Part shown: positions 31,301-44,952 of the stretch, in pieces
Layout: every line of letters begins with the position of its first letter
Position numbering within the stretch: the first letter of the stretch is position 1
Assembly (NCBI RefSeq): GCF_009914755.1
Contig: NC_060930.1
Direction: 5' to 3' (one strand)
DNA from: the human T2T-CHM13v2.0 reference genome, Homo sapiens
DNA: 64,000 nt
Translations under genes and position numbers: made by a program
The notes under the pieces: generated by a model
Databases searched by the model: none
Told to the model about the DNA's origin: nothing
What the model saw: only the letters and a program-made list of their open reading frames with translations

Positions 31301-31790
31301 AGTGTTTTCACATACAGAATGAGAAAATATCACAGATTTTGAAAGTTCCTATCCTCTTGTTATGGCAATCAGTGAAACATTATTCAGTCAGAAAGAAGTC
31401 TCAGTTTAGAAACTGTAAACCTTTATGTCTATAGCCTTGCACTGCCACTGAATTTAGATCCAATTTCTGAATTATATCATTCACAAAAAGACCATCTTGG
31501 ATTAAGTTTCCATCAAACTTGGAGAACTCTGAGAAGGCCCTAAGCGTGTCCATGCTGGAGAAGCTTTGGCAGGATAAGAAGAGCTGGAAGGGGCATCCTC
31601 CTGCCCAGCCACTCCGCTTCAGGCTGTGCTGCAGAGAAACTTCTGCACCCATCAACAAGGAAATATGTTTATAGCAATTATTTGCAAAAGCAAACAACGT
31701 GACACAAAACAAAACAAAAAACTGAAACAACGTGAACATCTATAGTAGGAATTGACAATACTCTCATGGCGGACTAGTCTCCATTTAGGG

Positions 31791-32301
31791 CAGCAGTCCC
31801 CAATCTTTTTGGCACCAGGGACTGGTTTTGTGGCAGATAATTTTCCATGGATGAGGGTGGGGGACAGTTTCAGGATGATTCAAGCACATGACATTTATTG
31901 TGTACTTTATTCCTATCCTTATTACACTGTAATATATCATGAAATAATTATAGAACTCACCATCATGTAGAATCAGTGGGAGTCCTAAGCTTGTTTTCCC
32001 GCAACTAAACGGTCTCATGTGGGGGTGATGGGAGATGGTGACAGATCATCGGGCATTAGATTCTCAGGAGCATGCAACCTAGATCCCTCGTGTGCACAGT
32101 TCACAATAGGGTTCAAGTTCCTATGAGAATCTAATGCTGCTGCTGACCTGATAGGAGGCAGAGCTCAGGCGATAATGCAACTGATGGGAAGCAGCTGTCA
32201 ATACAGATGAAGCTTCGCTCACTCACCTGCCACTCACCTCCTGCTGTGTGGCCTAGTTCCTAACAGGACATGGTCTGTGGCCGAGGGGTTGAGGACTCCT
32301 G
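31791..32301 (+). mobile_element. MER1A hAT/Charlie MITE
   Basis: TIRs cagcagtccccaa / ttgaggactcctg; 8-bp TSD atttaggg / atttagga; typical MER1A body. Confidence 0.9.
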
Positions 32302-35300
32302 ATTTAGGAAAACACTACAACAGACAGCTCTGAAAAGCTTCGTAAGAAAGAGGCAGCACACTGGGTGATTTATAGGTACAAATATGATCCAACTGAATAA
32401 TGTACTCATTGTTAAAAATAGGTGTAGGTTCCCAAGTGATAAAGACCATGGTAAAATTTCTGGAACAGTCAGACCCCTCGACCAATGCAGAACAGCTGAT
32501 TTTCTAGTTATTTATCACCTAAGTAAGGCTGAACATATACAAGTAAGTTGGACATAAAATCTACTTGTGTGATATTATCTGTTTCAACATCAGAAAATTA
32601 TTGGGGCTTACAGAGCTGAGGACATTTGGACTTTATGTCTTACATGACAGAGTTGAAGTTATTTGTCTCAAAGTATATTCAATCCACTGGGTCATTTTGT
32701 TCTGCTCTTTCTTGGATGCTACTTCAAAGCAGTGATCTCCACTGAGATTTTCTCAAGAGTCCCGTGGCATCATTCTGTACAGCAGGGGCACACCGTAACT
32801 GTGTGTTGCCTGAAGACTATTCTCAGGTGATTTTCACATTAACCCTTTACTTCTGCCACCTTGCTATTTGCCACTTAGTGTCATTAACAGATTGGATTCC
32901 ATAATGCTCCCCATGTCCTTTTCTTCCTATTCCTTTTGATTTCTCCAGTAAAATATATCCAAACTCAATGGAAGGTCACAAAATATCAAGATTCCATGTC
33001 TTAGGGAAAGTGAAGATCATTCCATTTTTTTTCCTGGCAACAAAAAACCCACTCCAAAGTGTGCAAAACTCTAAGATACCATCCACAGTTCATCCTGTCC
33101 AGACAGCGGGCCTGCATCCATGAGGCTGGCCGAGGGTCGCCACCCACCCCGCCCTGAAAGCTCTATGGCCTGTGTCAGTGTATCAGGAAGTGAGCTCTCC
33201 TCTCAGCTGGAAGCAGGAAGACCAGAGAGGCTGACTAATGATGGGAATTTCAGAGGGAGCCCGAGAAGCCTTTCTCTTCCAGTTGTAAAGTTCATGAATC
33301 ACCATCCAGCTGCCAGTCATGATGGCAAGAGGAAATGAAAACAGAATATCTCCTAGCAGAATTGACAAAATGGGAAAATCCCTGAAGACATGTACTCCCA
33401 GAACCATAACCGATGCAGGGGGTGGGGAGGGAGGGGCTGGGAGGGGAGAAAAGGGGGCAGGAAGGGAAAGAGAGCGGCAAAGCGCATGGAGCCTACGCTT
33501 TTTTACAGACGCAAAAAGATAGATGCACATTCTTTGTCAACTGTCACAAACGAGGTCCTTGATTTTCAATTTCCTGCAATCCTGGCTAAGAGACACAATT
33601 TTTAAGACATTCCTCATCAGTTGCCAAATATTGATTATTCTCTGTTTAGTCTACAATGAACCAGATCACACTTGTAATATTATTTAGAAGCAAATAAATC
33701 TGCAAGGCTATTGGCGTCTCTCCCTAATAAATCGTGTGGCTGCCATGACCCTTCACCCCAGCGGCAGCCTGGTGTGATAATTGGTAGGTAACCAGTTTGC
33801 TTTTCACTCTAAAAAGTGCTTAATTGTCTCCCTTAGATTTGTAGGCATGCATAGCCAGACACCTCGAGAAATGACGCACGCCTTACTCATTTATAATCAG
33901 CATCAAGCAGACAGTGAAAAATCTATAAATTAGAGATAAGCATCACACTCCAGAGGCATTAAAGAGAATTCTAAACGTCTCCTTTGCAAATTGTTCAATT
34001 AAAAACAGAATGAGCTTTTTCACAGGAAACTACTACTGACTCCTTTTAAGCTTCTAAGACATTCACTGAGGGGCCCCTCCCAGCTTTCCAGGCTAACGTC
34101 CGGATAATCCCCCCAGGTACCTGGGCCATGGATCTAACTCCTGTGATGCTATAAAGGACTCTGGTGACGGTTCTGAACTTGACAAATGCCGTACCCAAAA
34201 TAGTATATTCCCTGTTTAGACGAACTCTAAATTAAACTCAAATCCCTTTGGTTATTTTTAAATCTGTATTAGTTATTTTCTCATAAACAGAAATAACTTT
34301 GATTATGAAACGAAGCTATTTCTCATTGTGAAAGAAATAAAACATACAGAAAAGTATACAAAGTAAAATAAAAATGTCATGCCATCGCTCAGAGAGAATC
34401 CTTTTAATATTGTTTACATCCTCCTAGAATTTATATGCATTCATACCATATTGTATTCATTTTTAAATTAAAGTACTATTTTTGCTATATTACTGTCCCA
34501 TGACCTGCCTTTTGCATTTAGTACATGTGGATATTTCTTCCCTATCAATGAACATATTGAATGCTAGTATTTTATTGTTAAATATTCCAATCCTGTATGA
34601 ATGTACACATAGGTTATCTCCAGTTCATTATTATTATTTTAAATAAAATGACAGAAAGAGTAATTATAACTCAAACAGTCCTGAAAGCCACTGTTTTGGA
34701 GGAAGTCCTCCAACATTTGGAAACCCATCCAGTGAATTCCCCAGTTGGTTACCCAGTGGTCTGGAAGGCAGCAGGGAGGTGGCTGGGAAGTGGGGCTTTG
34801 AAGGAAGGCCTCGGGGGGATGGTCCAGGGAGAAGAAAAGGGTCTAAGGCCAAGAGCAGAGACCCTACAGCAGGAAGGCCAAGGTGGACCCTCAAAACAGA
34901 GGAATTCATCACAAGGACAAGGACCGAGAATCAGGCAGGCAGCCCCAGCTGACACTCACAAGGAGATTGCACAGTACCTTGGAGGCAGGCACTGCCTTTC
35001 AAGCCCGGCGTGTGTAACTGTCTTACTAGGTTGACTCATTTAACTGTCCCCATGGCCCTGGACATGTTACCAGTATTGTTCCCATTTTACATGGGAAGAA
35101 AGAGAATATGGCTTTAAATAAAAACGACGTCACTGGATACCATGACGTCTGCCAGGAAGACAGCAAACTTTCACATAGAACTGGAAAGATATCAATCCAC
35201 GGAGTTGCAAAAGAAAAGTATTAATAGAGAAATGCTTGAGTCCAGCAATGGAATCTGCCACTAAGAAAATTTCCAGAGACATTAGAGGCCATCCATCATT

Positions 35301-36819
35301 TCCTGCCAATGGCTCTTGGGAAACATTCCCAAGCTTTACACAGCAAATATGTAGTTACAGCCTAGATATCCAGGTGTGCATGTCTGCAAGATGAGTGCTC
35401 CTGAAAACACCTATAGGTTTCCAAATGTGAACAACTGAATACAAATGCTAGCAATATTGCTTCACTGGAAACTGTAGGAAAAATCAAGAGTAATTCTTAA
35501 AGCCACAGGGAGGGTGGAGAAAAACACCCTAACATCAGAAATAAAATTTACAAGAATTAGCAAATATTTATAAAATTCATGACAAGCTAAGTATCTGCAG
35601 TGAGTCACTCAGATTTAACTTGTCTAAACTCATGGCTTTGACAATTTTAACATTTCCTCTTTTCTTTGATATTTCTCATGGTGCTATTCCATATGTAAAT
35701 AGTTTTAAATCTGCACAGTGCTAACGCTGGAATGCAAAAACACTTTAAGCAGATAAACTTAGAAATATGAACTCTAGGAAACCCTCTAGGTAAGGATCCC
35801 TAACTAAATTACTTGAGCACAGCTGTTAAGTGAAAGCACAACCCTAGACATTGTGGAAACCCTTAAGCCTCCCACTAAGGGAATTCCCATTAGAGCTCGT
35901 CTCTAAAATCCGGGCCCTGGCGTTTCTACTGTGAGCTCACAGAGCAGGCTGGGAGTCTGTTGGCTTCACTGGGAGCTTTTGCTCAGTGTCTAAGTCAGGC
36001 AACCGAATGAGAGAGCGGGTACGGAAAAGACAGGAAAAGAGGGTGTCGTGTGATTCAGGAATATCAGGTTAAGGGGACCCCACGGTCATTGAGACCAATC
36101 ACACTCTGCAAATCCCTCTGTCTGTGCCAATGCAGCCTCCGCCTAAAAGACTCCGGTGATGGGAGAGACATCTCCACGTAGGAGCCACTGGATCTTCCAA
36201 AGTTCTGGATTTGAAAGAGCTAAGTGTGCACGGGGCTTGGCTCCGTGCAGCTTCCACTCGTGGTCCCGTGGTATCAGGAGGGCAGTCGGGACAAGCCCAA
36301 CCCCTTTCCGTAACACAGCCAAGTGTTGGAAAGCCTGCCTTCTTACTGTGTTCTTCCTCTCATGTGGATGACACCAGCACCTTCATTGTTTCCTACAGGG
36401 CCTGCTTTAAGTATTCATTAAATATTTATGGGACACCTACCAGGGCTAGGCCTGTGCTATGCACACACACCAGTGCCCAGGGCCCTGATGTCCCAGTGGG
36501 TGAGGAGCTGGTCCCTGAGCATTCTCTATGAACATGCTCTTCGTGGCTTCTTGCCCTTAGAAGACAGGATGTGGACTGGACACAGTGACTAGGGTGTGGT
36601 CTGACCACCAGAGACACCTACCTTGTGGTAGCTTCTGCTGCACCCTGAGAAACCATCTGGATTAAGTCCAGCACTGTTAAAAATTATGATTCAAAATGAA
36701 CAAGCTGCCCTACTGCTTATTTTGAAAATAATGTTCAACCTATTATCTGTTTACTTTACTGGTGACTGGGGGGCTCTCAGTACCCAAAACACAGTTAAAA
36801 TCTATCAAAGTAGCAGAGA

Positions 36820-37900
36820 GGAAAACAGACTCCTCAAAGATCAGCTGTGCAATTAATCCATGGAGAGCCTTTCTATCAGAAAAATGAAATTAGATTCCTA
36901 TATTATTCCATATACAAAATCAAACTGAGTATAACAATTTAACAATAAGGAAGAACAACCCAGTCTTTATGTTCTTAAGTGGGAATAGCTTCTTTAAAAA
37001 ATTCAAAATAAAAGCACAAAAATATTGAAAGTTAAAAACTTTCTTCTTACAAAAGAACTCACACATAGACAAAGTTAAAGATAGAAAACTCTTTGAAGAT
37101 GTTTGCAGCATTTGTGACAAAGGACTGATTTCCAGAATTTATAAAGACCATCAACAAAAAGACAGTAACCCAGTGGAAATATAAACAAAGGGTATGAGCT
37201 GGCAATTCGCAAATGGGAAAACCAAAATGTCCAAGTAAATATTTGAACAGATACCCAGCCTCACCAGTAACAGGAAAATGCAGATGAAAATATTCCATGC
37301 ATTGCGTGGGCAAAACGTTTGAAATGTCTGAAAGCATCAAGGAGTGCCCCCTCTGTTAACAGAACTCACAACAGAGGGTAATTGGCAGTACCAACTGGAA
37401 ATGCGCGTATGTCACGACACGGCTCCATGCCTACATGCACAACTGCCAGACACATGCAGCAACGTTCAACAGCCCAGATGAGGAGGTAATGCAGGCGCTC
37501 ATCCAAAGGGGTACAGATAAGCAAAATCAGTGACACCTGAAGGAGAAAAGATGGCTTGCAGAAAAACATGTACAGTATAATTCCATTGATGAGACTTAAA
37601 CACACAAAGCCATTCTATGCACCGTTTATACACATTGTTTATGCATACATTGCTTATATGTAAAGACGTGGATAAGAAGGTTTGCACACGGAATTCAAGC
37701 CAGTGGATGGCGTTGGTGGGAAAGGAAGGGGTGGTGGGTGCCACTGAGAGCTCTACAAAGGGAACGTCAGCTTTATCTTAACATGATCTGAGGCACATGG
37801 TCTAAATGTGATTCTGGCTCGCCAGGGACTCAAATGTTATATCTAAGTTTTGAGTGTTGAATGTCAAATCATTCTCTGCACTTTCCTATATTTAATTTCC
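36820..37900 (+). mobile_element. Old L1ME-type 3' remnant
   Basis: A-rich, decayed ORF2 3'/3'UTR motifs (gcagcatttgtgacaaaggactgatttccagaattt, gtacagtataattccatt). Confidence 0.6.
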
Positions 37901-38278
37901 TGCCACATCGAAAAACGGAAAGCACAAAAATTAAATAAATATTAAACCGGCACTCAAGTGGATAATTTAACAGCCTCTAATTACAGACCAACGGATTGAA
38001 TTAGGATCATTAGAGCCCCGGTGTCCTTTAGTACTGTGCTGAGGGATCACCCACTGCTTATGTGTACCCTAAGTATGCAAGCCACGAGCAGTCATACCCA
38101 ATGGGTGGCTCTTCACCAGCCCTCCAGGGCCCCGCCTTCAAGGGCCAAGAGTGAGGTTAACGGAAGGGACAGAAACCCCAGAAAATTGCTCTCCTGGGAG
38201 TTCCATCTGGGTAGCCCCGTTTCCAGCATTCTTCTGCTCTCACCGTACCAGCCCTGACAGCTGCCTCAAGAAAGGCCA

Positions 38279-38588
38279 GGCCGGGCGCAGTGGCTCGCAC
38301 CTGTAATCCCAGCACTTTAAGAGGCCGAGGAAGGCGGATCACCTGAGGTCGGGAGTTCAAGACCACCCCGGCCAACATAGTGAAACCCCCGTCTCTACTA
38401 AAAATACAAAAATTAGCATGGCATGGTGGCGGGCGCCTGTAATCCCAGCTACTCAGAAGGCTGAGGCAGGAGAATCGCTTGAATTTGAGAGGCGGCTGTT
38501 GCAGTGAGCCAAGCTGAGATCACACCACTGCACTCCAGCCTGGGTAACAGAGCGAGACTCCATCTCAAAAACAAAAAACAAAACAAAA
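38279..38588 (+). mobile_element. AluS (Sx-like)
   Basis: Full dimer, (A)nC tail, near-TSD aaga(a/c)aggcca. Confidence 0.92.
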
Positions 38589-40197
38589 AAAGACAGGCCA
38601 ACAGCCCTGGGCTGAGTACCATTAACACTGAAATAAATAGGGCCCCATCACTAATGCTCTGCACAGATTGTGTGCACAGGGCTTTTCAAATGTCTGTCCA
38701 CGCACAGGAGTGAACAAAGGCAGCTCAAGAAGAAATCTCTTCAAGAAGAAATGTTGAATTCTCTGATTTCTCACGAAAACATTTATTGCTGAGGGAACCC
38801 TTGGTGTGGTATCCTCTCCGGTGTGGGTCTCAGAGTTGTGTCATAAGAGAGACACAGACCTATGATTCTAGTTAAAGGAGAAAATGCATTTGCGTGGCAA
38901 AATGCAAAAAGTAATGCTAACCTGCAACCAAATCCATGAGGATTTCCCTTCTGCCTCCTCCTGACACAAACACGAGGAGCTGTGGCAGCTCTCCCTGCGG
39001 TGGCCACGGGAGGGGAGGACGGCTCTAAGCTGTACTGCATCCTAGGTCCTTCATCCGCCTCTCATTCCTGCAGCATCCTTCCCAGCAACACCTTCCTCTT
39101 CTGTGCTTCTCTCCACTGCACCCACCAACATGCCACACTGCATACTTTTTATTACTCATAATGTCTGCTCAATGCATCATTTCATTAACTCTTAGTTCCA
39201 AGCTAGCAGGGATTTTTCATTATTTTGTTAACAGGTGAATGGAGCACTCTGTGTCCCGTCCGTGCCTGCAAAACACTGAGAAGCCAGACACACAAACAGA
39301 CCCCATAGAACGGGAGCGTTCCCATTATGGAGGCACAAGTTGCTCTGACTAATGGCGCTGAAATAACGCAAAATCATCCACCTACCAGAGAGCAGAATTC
39401 TTCCCAAGACATTTGTCACAGAGCTAGAATACTGGTATGAAAGCAGCTAGCGCACTTCCCCAAAGACACTCTGGTAACAAAAGAGGACAAGAATGGCCTG
39501 CTGCAACACATACACAAACTAGCACTTATGTACTTGATTTCTGCATATCTCTCTAGCAACTGGCCCAAGACCCTGGAGCCGAGGCCAGCTCCGTGGCCCC
39601 CACCAGCCAGCATTAAACTTGCAAACTGTCACCAAAACACGGTTCACAAAGGAAACTTCACAGCTCACTCTCCTTTTGAGGATGGGCTATGAAAACTCAC
39701 ACTGCGGGACTTCAAACTCATGGTGCCCAGCACAGGCCAGGACCCTGGTGCCATTCCCCCAGGAAGGGCTGGAGAACACTGCCCTCGTGAACATGCCCAC
39801 AGAACGCCCAGCAACCAGGCCGAAGAACAATCCCAAACCCAAGCACACTTCCAATTTCAGCGACTTTAGCCACATCACGGCTTTTAATGAGTGTGGAACA
39901 TGAAAGACACAGTTGGGCAGGTGCTTGAGGCCACACACACTTACACATCAGCAGAAAGTGCTGGTCCTTGGTTGCTATAACAACAGTGCCACCTAATCTA
40001 CAAAGAGCTTGGAGGCCTCTCCACACCCCGGGGAGCTACCGCCGTCTCTTGTAACCCTTTGGTATATTGAGACATGCACACACTGACACGGGCATTTTAG
40101 GACATTTTTATGCCCCTGGCGGCGCCATGCATCCTGCGAGAGGGATTCTCTGCCTTCTCTTTAACTTTTCACCCGTAGAACGTTAACAAACCAGGCC

Positions 40198-40335
40198 CAC
40201 GGCAGACAGGGCTTTGGCTGGTGGTCAGTGCACAGCAGACAGGGCTTTGGCTGGTGGTCAGTGCACGGCAGACAGGGCTTTGGCTGGTGGTCAGTGCACG
40301 GCAGACAGGGCTTTGGCGGTGGTCAGTGCACGGCA
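40198..40335. repeat. 33-bp tandem repeat, ~4.2 copies
   Basis: Unit cacggcagacagggctttggctggtggtcagtg. Confidence 0.95.
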
Positions 40336-40729
40336 CCATCTCCCTTAGCAGCAGAAACACAGAGTGAGACAATGAGAGGTCTGAATATTTTCCCTTTTAA
40401 TCCAGCTTCTGGCACTTTCCGAAGATCTGTCTTTCCTGTCAACCACCGAGTGCAGTGCTGGGGCCCTGAGCCATCCCACCCGTGTCTCAAATTCATACCC
40501 TGAGCACCTGAGTATCCCCTAGGAAGTTCTGTCTCCCATAGACAGGGGTAAACACCCACCCACGCTAGTGTGGTCACTCCCTTCCATTCCACACAGCACT
40601 CTGCATTCATGAAATTCCATCCACCGACCTGGATTTTCCTTTTTAAAAAGTCTCTGAGGACAGCCAGCCCTGTGGATGCAGTGGCCTCTGGGGGCTGGTG
40701 GCAGGGTCCCTGGCTCTCCAACTGGGAGG

Positions 40730-41230
40730 CAAAGGCACCGGCCTCGGCCAGCGTGTGCAGGGGTTCCCCGTGCCTCTGGGCCATGCTGGCCTCGCCGCAG
40801 ACCTGAGACGCGGCCCCGGGCCCGGGGAGTCGGAGGGGAATGGGAGCGTTGCTGCCCGCTGAGGCCTCTGGGGGTAGGCTGGGTCCCGGGGGCCTGCACT
40901 CCTTTCAAAACACAGGCTCTATGGCGACAGACTTAAGAAAAAACGGTGCTGGGCCTCAGCCCCCAGGGACTGCCTCAGAGGAGACTGCGCTGCAGCAGGG
41001 CCCAGGCTGGAGAGCCGCGCACCCGTGCAGCAGGGCCCACCCTGTGGGCCAGGCCCAGACACCCCCGAGGGTCCTCCCGCGCTGCCCCTTCAGACCTCTG
41101 CAACATCTGCTTGAGGGCAGGCCCCAGGAGAGGAGGAGATGACACCTGGGGGCATGCAGGCCTGGGCTTGGCTCTGGATTTAAAGCGGCACTCCACGTCC
41201 CTGGCGGCGGTGGGGTCGCGAGCCTGCACC
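40730..41230. promoter_or_regulatory. GC/CpG-enriched unique segment (weak CpG-island-like)
   Basis: Local CpG excess (gacgcggccccgggcccggggagtcgg, gccgcgc, ggcggcgg..tcgcg) in a CpG-depleted background. Confidence 0.3.
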
Positions 41231-41367
41231 TGACTCCAGTTGAAGACACTAGAGGGAGCACCCTCAGTACTGGGCCCTCCCTTCCTAAAGCTTAGGGGGC
41301 CTGGGCCTTCCCCGGCTCTGGGAATGGAGTCTACCTCTGCCTGCCTTTCCTCATGGGTGCACTGGGC

Positions 41368-42055
<688 letters not shown>

Positions 42056-42749
42056 ATAACAACAGAACCCCAAAGCCTGGGTTTCCACCCAATATTCACT
42101 CAGAGAACGAGAGGGGGTGACAACAGTGCCTGGGCGCTGCGGCAAAAATGCTGAGAGCTGGCAGCTCCACGTGCAGCACTGTTCTATCTACCTCGGGTGT
42201 GTGAGGCTGAGGAGACTCTCAGGCCTGCCACAACTCCCTAGTGTGTCATGGTTTAAAAATTATCTACCGAAATGTGGAGGTTAGAATCCATCGTCTCTAC
42301 AACTGGTGACTCAAAAAATAGAGACTAATTTGGAAAAGAGCTGTCAGGCCCAACAGAATATTAATGTTGCTGCTGTGGTTGCCCAGTGAGGACATGAGGA
42401 ACGAAACACAGAACATCACTCGCTCACATCTGAGCCAGCGGTGCTGCTGTGAGTCTCTAAGAAGTATCCGTGTTGCAGCTACTGAGACACGCTTTTTCCT
42501 GCCCGGGTCACCTTCCGCCTCTACAGATTTCTTTAGATGGTCCTTTCAGCAAAGAAGCCAGTGGACAGCTGAGTGGCCAGTGCCTTGGGACGCACACACC
42601 CAGCTGGAGTATGCAGGCTCTCCCCAGAGCAGGCAAGGCCATGTGATAAGAACAACACCGAGCTTTCCTCTGAGCTCCTGCACCCCTGCACCTACCAGTC
42701 ATGTGACTGGATCCAAACTCACCTGTTGAGGCTAATTTCCCATTTCAGT

Positions 42750-43797
42750 ATCTGGGATAAGGACACAGGAAAACTCAGCGTGTGTTTTCCTGTTCTCACA
42801 CAGTCAACCCAACACTCTGACACCATATGTTGGAGACCTATCAAAGTGTTTATCCTACTCTGTACTCTCAGGCAATACCACATTTCACCTGCAGTCTCCA
42901 CAGTGCCTGGGGATTTCTTCCCAGCAGCAACCGATCAGTTCTGCACAGACACCAGCAAGATGTCCTTTAATTCAATTCGAATTCTGACACTACCGACCTG
43001 GAGATAGCCTCAGATTCCACAAGTTGAGGGCTCAGTCCCAGAAGGCTACCCCTCACTTCAGATGCCAGTCGTAAGCCCCAGGCTGTAGCCTGTGCTTTTA
43101 ACCAACTGGCTATAAATAGGGGTTCCTATTGTCTTCAACTAATTTGCTTCAAGTTCCCTCCTTGTCTTCCACTAATTTCAACTAAATAGGGGTTCCTATT
43201 GAAGGGGTTCCTTCAACTAAATAGGGGTTCCTATTGTCTTCAACTAATTTGCCTCAAGTTCCCTCCTTGTCTTCAACTAATTTGCTAGAGCAGCTCATAG
43301 AACCCAGAGAACCACATTATTAAGGTTTGCTGGTTTGCTGTAAAGGATATTACAGGACACAGATGGGCAGCCAAATGGAGATGGACATGGGGTGAAGCAT
43401 GGGGAAGGGTGTGGAGCTTCCGTGCCCTCTGGGCAGCACGACCCTGCGGGATCCTCCGGCTGTTCAGTAATCCGAAGCTCCCCAGCCCCAGTCCTTTTGA
43501 ATTGTTATGGAGGCTCCATTACATAGACGGGCTTTATCAAATCATTGGCCATTGGTGATAAGCTTGACCGTCAGCCCCTCTCCTCTTCCTGGGGGTTGGG
43601 GGTGGGGATGAAAGTCTCAACCCTCTAATCCTGCCTGTGGTCTCTGGGGTGACCAGCCCCCATCCTGAAGCTACCCAGGGGCCCTCAGCCACCAGTCCTC
43701 CCATTCGTGTACAAAGGACACTCATCACTTCACCGATTCCAAGGGGTTCAGGAAATGGGAAGAAAGAGCACATATATGTATTTTGGTATCGCAGATA
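42750..43797 (-). mobile_element. MER21-like LTR with internal rearranged patch
   Basis: aattcaattc..ttctgacacta..cctggagatagc.tcagat, aatttgctagagcagctca, aatcattggccattggtgat, gtgaccagcccccatcctga. Confidence 0.75.
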
Positions 43798-43986
43798 CTG
43801 CCTGCCTCAAGGATTGTCAGGAGCACTCAACCATAATGGAAGAATGGCCCAGTTGGAAGACACCTTAGAGGCTATTTCAAACTTTTGCACACCGACAATG
43901 TTCTACAACATCCTTCACAAATGCACATCGCATGTCTTAGTGACACAAGCCCGACTCACAGATTTCCAGCTTTGTGCAGCTATGTG

Positions 43987-44118
43987 TGGCCGCTCCTCCT
44001 CCTCCTCCCAAAGCTTCCTTCCCCCTTTCCACCACACAGACTAAGGCATGAGGCTGGGCAGGGGGAAGGGGGATACTGAGTGAGGAAAACAGAGAGGGCG
44101 GTGGAGGTGGCCACACAG
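43987..44118 (+). repeat. ~133-bp direct repeat, copy 1 (copy 2 at 50648-50782)
   Basis: tggcc.(ctc)n ccaaagcttcc...ggtggccacacag; 3 substitutions and one CTC indel between copies. Confidence 0.95.
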
Positions 44119-44952
44119 CATAGCTGGTGTGCTCTTTACAGCAAGGCTTCAGAGCAGCGCTGGTGTGTGCGTGGATGCTGAGGATGAACTCAGGTCCAAG
44201 CTGCCTGACTGTACTCCCATGGGTACGCCTAGCTGGGGTGCTTCCTTTCCAATGCAAACGACCTCTGCAGGAGACAGGATGGCACAGGGGCCTCCTCCTG
44301 AAGCTCTTACAGCAGATTCTCGACCTCTGCAGCTGTGAGAAGGCAGCGGCTGTGTACGGACACAGAGCAGACACAGGCACTGTGCAGAGGGGTGTGTGCT
44401 CGACATTCTGCCCTGAGTTGCCCATGCCAGTGAATGTGCCAACGGTCCCTGTAGATCTGCAGGAGCCTAGAAATGTCTCATTTGTCCCGAGGGCAAATGC
44501 TGGACAGGGGGTGGTGGCCAGGGTGAACGAGACTTATCCTGTCACTTTTGTATAGACTCTGTAACTTTAGAACCATGCGAAGAGATTACTTCTGAAAAAT
44601 GGAAATTAGCAGCAACCGTAGAGGAAGCTGGTCAGAGGAGTGTGGCACGTGCTGTCTTCAGGAGGGCGGGATGAGGGCAGCCCGGGAGGGAGTGCGGGCC
44701 AGGCTTTCGGCTCCATGCTCCCACTGCCAGCGCCACCACCTCCCCAGGCAGGAGAAACAGCTAAATCCTGAAAACTAACAAGTAATGGGTGTTTCTGCGG
44801 TGTCTTCCACCGGCAGAAACTCCACCGAGTGCCTCAGCGAAATGACTCCATCTGATCCTGGCCACAGGCTAGTGAGGGGGAACTGCGCTGGGAAAGATGC
44901 CGGTGCGGGGCTGGAGGATGCTGGGCAGAGGGGGCAGATCAGCCTCCATGGG

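Noticed and set aside
31401-31739. Protein-looking ORF (MDTLRAFSEFSKFDGNLIQDG...)
   Set aside because: 5' part lies in an L1-like remnant; no family recognised and no partner exons found.
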